Below are positions 58,330-64,000 of a stretch of 64,000 nucleotides of DNA, in pieces. This stretch comes from Spirochaetota bacterium. Its GTDB lineage: Bacteria; Spirochaetota; UBA4802; UBA5550. Numbering within the stretch: the first letter of the stretch is position 1; each line of letters opens with the position of its first letter. The position numbers were made by a program, and so were the translations under genes. The notes beneath the pieces are model-generated. The model ran no database searches, was not told where the DNA came from, and worked only from the letters and a program-made list of their open reading frames with translations. The DNA is taken from the NCBI GenBank assembly GCA_963663865.1, contig OY760686.1, forward strand, positions 704,001 to 768,000. Reading direction: 5' to 3'.

Positions 58330-59481
58330 ATGAAAAGCATATATATCAAATTGGCTGCTGTGTGCCTGACGATGGCAATGTTCTCATGCGAAAGTGATGA
58401 CAGCAAAGTTGAAGACAGCCCGGGAAATGAGAGCAGACCGCCTCTGGAGGGGGTTTTTATGACAGCCAATCCCACACAAAATGTTTTTGCTCCAACATCT
58501 CCCAGGTACTGGATAAATGGTGAAATAAACAGCCTCGAACTGCCCGATCCCTGTAACGTGGCAACCAGCATAGCTGTCAGCAATGAAGACGTCTATGTGG
58601 GCGGTTATTGTCAAATGTCTATAAACAACTTTAATAGATATGTAGCAGCATACTGGAAAAACGGGATACGTACTACCCTTCAAGATCAGAGTCATGAATC
58701 ATGGATATATTGCACGGCTGCCGATGAAGATGGGAACATATACTTTGGAGGCAGGCTCGGCGAGAACACGGCTTATTGGAAAAACGGAGAAACCGAGGTT
58801 GAGTGGTCTACGCCGGGCAAAGTGCTTGATGCGGCAGCCTTAGGAAACAGGGTGTTTTTTGGCGGTTACAGGGAGATGAATGATGTCAATGTTGCTACTC
58901 TCTGGGAGGCAGGAAATGGCAGGGCAATCAGCCTGCTGAGTAATCCCTACGGTCAGCAGCACGGGGCAAGCGTATATGCCGTTGCGGTTGATTCTCAGGG
59001 CAATATTTACGCGGGAGGTTACTGTTCAGACGAGTCAAATAATACTTTTGCTGGCTACTGGAAGAACGGGGTGTGGGTAGCATTGATAAATTCAGACGAT
59101 GAAGGCGCAGGAGTGAATTCTGCAGTTTTAGATATCTTCATTTCTGGTGATGATATCTACATGTCCGGTTCGTTGCGTAATAATACCACAGATGAACAGA
59201 CTATACCGGAACCAGGGTACTGGAAGAACGAAGAATGGAATTCCCTTGATAACAGCATGTATCCGGGAGCGGAAGTGTCTCCGGCAGGAATTGGTGTTAA
59301 GGACGGTGACGTCTATGTTCTCGGTGAGGTATGCATAATGAATGATTCCTATGAACCTGGACAGAGCCCTTACAGTCAGTTTTACTGCGGTTACTGGCTC
59401 AACGGCGAGTGGTTTGACCTGGACGGCTGGGACAAGACCGCGTACCCTGGCTCGTACGCGGGCGGAATGTGCGTTAAGTAA
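58330..59481 (+). CDS. Lipoprotein with repeated (D)VYVGG...YWKNG units (probable beta-propeller)
   Basis: RBS GGAGG, lipobox MFSC, about seven repeats ending YWING/YWKNG/LWEAG/YWKNE/YWLNG. Confidence 0.75.
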   Translation: MKSIYIKLAAVCLTMAMFSCESDDSKVEDSPGNESRPPLEGVFMTANPTQNVFAPTSPRYWINGEINSLELPDPCNVATSIAVSNEDVYVGGYCQMSINNFNRYVAAYWKNGIRTTLQDQSHESWIYCTAADEDGNIYFGGRLGENTAYWKNGETEVEWSTPGKVLDAAALGNRVFFGGYREMNDVNVATLWEAGNGRAISLLSNPYGQQHGASVYAVAVDSQGNIYAGGYCSDESNNTFAGYWKNGVWVALINSDDEGAGVNSAVLDIFISGDDIYMSGSLRNNTTDEQTIPEPGYWKNEEWNSLDNSMYPGAEVSPAGIGVKDGDVYVLGEVCIMNDSYEPGQSPYSQFYCGYWLNGEWFDLDGWDKTAYPGSYAGGMCVK

Positions 59482-59501
59482 AAGCCAGCCGAAGCATACC
59501 C

Positions 59502-59534
59502 TCAGGGTCGAAGCAGCTTCGGCCCTGATGTTTT
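59502..59534 (+). terminator. Putative terminator
   Basis: TCAGGGTCGAAGC-A-GCTTCGGCCCTGA then TGTTTT. Confidence 0.55.
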
Positions 59535-59629
59535 CTCAAAGCAATGTGTAAGAAACAGCCCGGGCAAAGTGTTTGGCAGGGCATGGCGCGGGCCGTGAGG
59601 CCTGTTGCCATATTGTGTACATCCTCCCC

Positions 59630-62095
59630 TTACTTAACAACAACGTTTACAAGCTTGCCCGGTACGGCGATTACCTTAACGACACTTTTGCCGGCAGTAA
59701 GCTCTGCCACCTTCTCGTTCGACATGGCCATCTTCTCCATCTCATCCTTCGATATGGAGGAAGGTGCCTGGACCTTCGCGCGGATCTTGCCGTTGACCTG
59801 GAAGACGAGCTCAACCTCGTCCCTTGCTGTCAGCTCCTCGATGTATGAAGGCCACTTGACCGAAGAGAGCCCGCCGCTGCGGCCGGTCATTTCCCACAGC
59901 TCCTCAGCGGCATGCGGAATGAACGGATAGAGCATCGGAATGAACAGGGAGAAGACCTCTCCGAGAAGGGCGCGTCCTTCCGGTTTCTCAAACTCGGTCT
60001 CCGGGGTCTGATACAGCGCGTTGGTGAGCTCCATCATTCTCGCGATAGCCGTGTTATACTGCATTCTTTCCTCAATATCGCCGGTTACAATCTTAAGCGA
60101 GCGGTGAAGCTCAATGCGAAGATCACGGAGTGTGCCGTTCAGCTCTCCGGACACTTCAGAAGAGAAATCAGCCACATCCGCGAATTTATTAACAAATCTC
60201 CAGATGCGGTTAATGAACCTGTACGCGCCTTCAACGCCCCTGTCCGACCAGTCAAGGTCCTTCTGCGGCGGTGCGGCGAACAGCATGAATAGCCTCGCGG
60301 TATCGGCGCCGTATCTGGCGATAATCTCGTCGGGATCAACGACATTGCCTTTGGACTTGCTCATCTTGGCGCCGTCCTTGATTACCATGCCCTGAGTCAG
60401 CAGTCTTTTGAATGGCTCGCTCGACTTCAGAAGGCCCAGGTCGTGAAGCACCATTGAGAAAAATCTCGCGTAGAGCAGGTGAAGAACCGCGTGCTCTATG
60501 CCGCCAATGTACTGGTCAACGGGCATCCAGTAGGCGGCCTCGTCTTTGTCGAACGGAGCGTTAGCACAGCCCGGCGATGTATAGCGCGCGTAGTACCACG
60601 AAGAGTCGACAAAGGTGTCCATCGTATCAGTCTCACGTCTTGCGGCAGCTCCGCATTTCGGACAGGTTGCGTGCAGGAACGAGTCCATCCGCCCTAAAGG
60701 AGACCTTGAGTCGCCGTGAAAGTCAACTTCGGTAGGCAGTACTACCGGAAGCTCGCTTTCGGGAACGGGGACAGCCCCGCAGCTTTCGCAGTAGATTATC
60801 GGAATCGGACAGCCCCAGTAGCGCTGCCTTGAGATGCCCCAGTCGCGCAGGCGGTAGTTGACCTGCCTCTTGCCGAAGCCTTCGGACTCGGCAAAGTCGG
60901 ATATTTTGTCCTTTGCCTCTTCGTTTCCGAGGCCCGAAAAGCCGGCCGAGTTGACGCAGATTCCCGGTTCAGAGTAGGCGTCCTCCATTGTGTTGACGTC
61001 AATCGGCGAGCCGGGATTGTCTATAACGAGTTTGACGGGAATGCCGTATTTCTTCGCGAAGGCGAAGTCGCGCGAGTCGTGCGCGGGTACGCTCATAATA
61101 GCGCCGGTCCCGTAGCCCATAAGTACGAAGTTGCCCGCGTAAAGGGGGACCTTTTCTCCGGTGAAGGGGTTGATCACCTTAATGCCCGAATCGCTCCCCT
61201 CCTTTTCTCTGGATTCATCGGTCCTTTCGCTTGAACTCTGCTTTCCTATCCTTTCAATGAAGTCCCTGACCGCCGGGTCCTGTACGTTTTTAAAGACAGG
61301 ATGTTCGGGCGCGGCAACCATAAAGGTTACACCGTAGACCGTGTCGGGCCTTGTCGTGTAAACCGGAAAGGGCGAGCCGTTCTCAAGCCTGAACTCAATC
61401 TCAAGACCGGTTGACCGGCCGATCCAGTTCTTCTGCATGGTGATGACCTGCTCAGGCCAGCTGCCCTCAAGCTCCGAGTGCCCGTCAAGAAGCCTTTCGG
61501 CGTAGTCGGTAATTTTGAAGAACCACTGCTCAAGCTCCTTCTGGACGACCTCGGAGTCGCAGCGCCAGCAGACGCCGTTTTCAGCCTGTTCGTTGGCAAG
61601 TACAGTCTGACACTCGGGGCACCAGTTGACCGAAGAGCGTTTTTTATAGACCAGTCCTCTTTCCAGCATCTTCAGGAATATCCACTGGTTCCAGCGGTAG
61701 TATTCGGGTTTATAGGTCGCTACCTCCCTGTCCCAGTCATATGAAATACCGAGCCGCTTGAGCTGTACTTTCATGTGCTCAATGTTTTCAGCCGTCCACT
61801 TCGCGGGCGGAATATTGTTCTTAATGGCCGCGTTCTCAGCAGGCATCCCGAAAGAGTCCCATCCAATGGGGTGAAACACGTTTTTGCCCTTCATCCTCAT
61901 AAAGCGTGCGATAATATCGCCGATGGTGTAGTTCCTCACATGCCCCATGTGGAGCTTGCCCGACGGATAGGGGAACATCTCAAGCACATAGTACTTCTCC
62001 CTGCTGTCCGGCGAGCACTTGAAGGCAAGGGTCTCATCCCATGTCTTCTGCCATCTGGTCTCAATTTCATTAAAGCTGTAATCCCTTTCTTTCAT
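59630..62095 (-). CDS. leuS: Leucine--tRNA ligase
   Basis: MFPYPSGKLHMGH (HIGH), TTRPDT and GTGAIMSVPAHD editing domain, DWGISRQRYWG, KMSKS; start moved to ATG at 62095. Confidence 0.98.
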   Translation of the reverse strand: MKERDYSFNEIETRWQKTWDETLAFKCSPDSREKYYVLEMFPYPSGKLHMGHVRNYTIGDIIARFMRMKGKNVFHPIGWDSFGMPAENAAIKNNIPPAKWTAENIEHMKVQLKRLGISYDWDREVATYKPEYYRWNQWIFLKMLERGLVYKKRSSVNWCPECQTVLANEQAENGVCWRCDSEVVQKELEQWFFKITDYAERLLDGHSELEGSWPEQVITMQKNWIGRSTGLEIEFRLENGSPFPVYTTRPDTVYGVTFMVAAPEHPVFKNVQDPAVRDFIERIGKQSSSERTDESREKEGSDSGIKVINPFTGEKVPLYAGNFVLMGYGTGAIMSVPAHDSRDFAFAKKYGIPVKLVIDNPGSPIDVNTMEDAYSEPGICVNSAGFSGLGNEEAKDKISDFAESEGFGKRQVNYRLRDWGISRQRYWGCPIPIIYCESCGAVPVPESELPVVLPTEVDFHGDSRSPLGRMDSFLHATCPKCGAAARRETDTMDTFVDSSWYYARYTSPGCANAPFDKDEAAYWMPVDQYIGGIEHAVLHLLYARFFSMVLHDLGLLKSSEPFKRLLTQGMVIKDGAKMSKSKGNVVDPDEIIARYGADTARLFMLFAAPPQKDLDWSDRGVEGAYRFINRIWRFVNKFADVADFSSEVSGELNGTLRDLRIELHRSLKIVTGDIEERMQYNTAIARMMELTNALYQTPETEFEKPEGRALLGEVFSLFIPMLYPFIPHAAEELWEMTGRSGGLSSVKWPSYIEELTARDEVELVFQVNGKIRAKVQAPSSISKDEMEKMAMSNEKVAELTAGKSVVKVIAVPGKLVNVVVK

Positions 62096-62156
62096 TGTAT
62101 CCTCATAATTAAGTAAGCCGCGGGAGGGCTGTGATAGTCGGAACGAAGGCGGAGCT

Positions 62157-62627
62157 TCAGCGGCCGGAAAACCTGTCTGACTCAGATCTGAAAATGTCAA
62201 GAATCGTCTCGGGCGATGACGCCGAAATAATCTTTTCTTTGGCCCTTTCATTTTTCAGAATAGCCATGATATTGGAAAGGAGCCTCAGGTAGTCCTTGTG
62301 CTGGTCCTGACCCGCAACGACAAGAATAATCAGGTGAACGGGGTTGCCGTCGAGCGAATCAAAGTCGATGCCTCTGGGCGAAATCCCGACCGCGAAGGCC
62401 ATCTCCCTGATGCAGTCGATCTTCGCGTGCGGAATGGCAATGCCAAGCCCGATCCCGGTGCTCATAATCTCTTCGCGCTCGCGCAGGGCAGCAATCAGGC
62501 TTTCGGTGCTTTCGCACACATCAGAGCACTCAAAGACGCCGGCAAGCTCCTCAATGGCCCGGTACTTGTTGTCCGCCTCAAGGGTTTTAATGTAAACAGA
62601 TTTTGTATAGTCGATAACCGGAGACAT
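62157..62627 (-). CDS. PTS IIA component (PtsN/fructose-IIA-like)
   Basis: RE..MSTGIG.GIAIPHA, GIDFDSLDG.PV; alternative ATG at 62654. Confidence 0.88.
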   Translation of the reverse strand: MSPVIDYTKSVYIKTLEADNKYRAIEELAGVFECSDVCESTESLIAALREREEIMSTGIGLGIAIPHAKIDCIREMAFAVGISPRGIDFDSLDGNPVHLIILVVAGQDQHKDYLRLLSNIMAILKNERAKEKIISASSPETILDIFRSESDRFSGR

Positions 62628-62722
62628 CCGCAACCTCTTAAAAAATATTACCATTACTCATTCAAACTTTTAACAGAAGATGTCAATTATAATTCCTCTG
62701 CGGAAAAAAGTCATCAATTTTT

Positions 62723-62794
62723 GGGCGTGTCCCGCCTGTCGGCGGGCCGGGCTTTCCCTTCAGGCCTGCGGCCTTCCGGTCAATCCCTCACGCG
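62723..62794. repeat. GC-rich multi-stem intergenic element (REP/MITE-like or structured RNA)
   Basis: GCGTG/CACGC outer stem enclosing CCCGCC-TGTC-GGCGGG and AGGCC-TGC-GGCCT hairpins. Confidence 0.45.
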
Positions 62795-62927
62795 GTCGCC
62801 CTGAAAGACGCAAAATGAGCAGACGGCCAAAAAGCGCTTGCGGGTAAATGCCGGCATGCTAATATGCCGAATCTGATATGCAATTTTGCGGAAAATGCGC
62901 TGCCGCTTCCCGCAGAAGGAGGAGCAA

Positions 62928-63386
62928 TTGAAAAAGTCAATACCTGGAATGGTCATGAAATCGGCGGTACTGGCTATAGCGATTTTCATGTCATCCTGCG
63001 AGTTAAATGAGTCCTGGTACACCGACCTTGCTCCCGGAGACGCTAAAACTGTTGAGATTGCGGCAATGGGACAGCATGTATACAGGGTCCATTTCCCGAT
63101 AGCAGCAGATTATACCATAGCCATATCACAGCTTACGAGCAACTTTGGCCTGTCGATGTACCATTATGACGCGTCAGCTCAGAAGATTGACGAGCTTGTC
63201 GACGAGTTTCTTGTAGTGGACGATTTTAGTGATTCTACCGGAGAATCCATCCTGGCGCGTATTGAGCAGCCGGCGTATTATTTCATCATCGTAAATGAAC
63301 TTGATAATGTTCCCGGTTCATACAGGATCACCTTCGATTACAATGACGTTAAAGACGGCGGCGGTGTTCAGCTGCTCAAACTTTAA
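62928..63386 (+). CDS. Hypothetical lipoprotein (PPC-like beta-sandwich)
   Basis: AGGAGGAG RBS before TTG, lipobox MSSC, Y...V......GSY.I pattern. Confidence 0.6.
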   Translation: MKKSIPGMVMKSAVLAIAIFMSSCELNESWYTDLAPGDAKTVEIAAMGQHVYRVHFPIAADYTIAISQLTSNFGLSMYHYDASAQKIDELVDEFLVVDDFSDSTGESILARIEQPAYYFIIVNELDNVPGSYRITFDYNDVKDGGGVQLLKL

Positions 63387-63548
63387 TAGAAAAAGTCCGG
63401 TAAAGGTCAGCAATCAGGATTTCTTGAGCTTACTGATAAATGAAAATTTATTGACTAATATCGCGATAAGGCTAATATCAGCATAGGGGTGTCAGTGGCG
63501 CGAAGTTGCCGCAGGGGCATTATCCAGAACATATAACAGAGGCTTCAT

Positions 63549-64000
63549 ATGAAAGTAGTGCATGTGCTAAAACGCATAGAAATGCTCGATCAGGACATCC
63601 GTGATCTTAAAAAACTGGAAAAGTCAATTGCTCGTGACAAGTCGTTCTCAACTCCGATATACATGTCTATTGAGAAGCAGATCAACCTTCTTCTCGGCGA
63701 GAGAATAAAGCTGCTCGAACTAACAATCGCCAATCCTCCAGAAACCCTTGTTGAAGCGATAGAGGGTAAACCGGAAGAGGAGGTACCAGCCCCTCCGGCA
63801 AGAAAAAAGTCCAGGTCTAAAGCGCGGGCAAAGGCCAGGCCCAAAAAGGAAGAACTTCCGGCGAAACCCGCGAGGCGTATTGAAGATGACGATGATGATG
63901 ACGACATGATCCCCATGCTAACGCAGGACATGATTGACGAGAAGATCAGCGGGATGAAGGCCGACGAGGACAGGCCTCCGCGCGACGTCAAGCCTGACGA
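63549..64000 (+). CDS. Hypothetical protein, 3'-truncated by window edge
   Basis: ATG at 63549 opens MKVVHVLKRIEMLDQDIRDLKKLEKS..., with basic and poly-Asp low-complexity tracts; open to the end; TTGACT-16-TAATAT upstream at 63451-63478. Confidence 0.75.
   Translation, partial: MKVVHVLKRIEMLDQDIRDLKKLEKSIARDKSFSTPIYMSIEKQINLLLGERIKLLELTIANPPETLVEAIEGKPEEEVPAPPARKKSRSKARAKARPKKEELPAKPARRIEDDDDDDDMIPMLTQDMIDEKISGMKADEDRPPRDVKPD

Noticed and set aside
62096-62251. N-terminal extension or T-box leader for leuS
   Set aside because: The extension overlaps the PTS IIA gene, an RBS (GAGG) precedes the ATG at 62095, and the 61-nt gap is too short for a T-box.
63590-63991. 133-aa minus-strand ORF
   Set aside because: Antisense shadow of the plus-strand gene starting at 63549, which the ORF track missed because it has no stop in the window.
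1-64000. Many 60-170 aa ORFs nested in or antisense to long genes
   Set aside because: No recognisable motifs or RBS; typical shadow ORFs.
1-64000. CRISPR array, rRNA, prophage or recognisable anti-phage defence operon
   Set aside because: No regularly spaced repeats or diagnostic genes seen. The cyclases are membrane sensor-type and lack a cNMP-binding effector partner, so Pycsar is not supported.

Overview
Bacterial chromosomal window, probably from an environmental Spirochaetota (Leptospirae-like) genome; this is an inference from the many lipoproteins, membrane-anchored AraC regulators, 7TM-DISM sensor and class III cyclases. Housekeeping genes (three tRNAs, argB, mgsA, queE, pepF, leuS, PTS IIA, flavodoxin) alternate with AT-richer accessory blocks. 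These hold a 5'-truncated cyclic beta-1,2-glucan synthase, four GH3 lipoproteins, a carboxylesterase lipoprotein, beta-barrel proteins, four membrane AraC regulators, two AdhR/NmlR-like MerR regulators, three orphan sugar-binding proteins, two class III cyclases and a diguanylate cyclase. Best novelty candidates: (1) an uninterrupted IS110-family recombinase ORF with all five catalytic positions substituted, behind a ~450 nt hairpin-containing non-coding region and directly upstream of a GH3 gene, possibly a domesticated RNA-guided binder; (2) a twice-repeated module of a transporter-less periplasmic sugar-binding protein plus a two-TM periplasmic-sensor AraC, each divergent from a lipoprotein hydrolase; (3) further apparent pseudo-enzymes or altered enzymes (HemC-like, esterase with GxDxG, cyclase lacking the ATP-specifying Lys). 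All family calls are motif recognition by eye; no searches were run.
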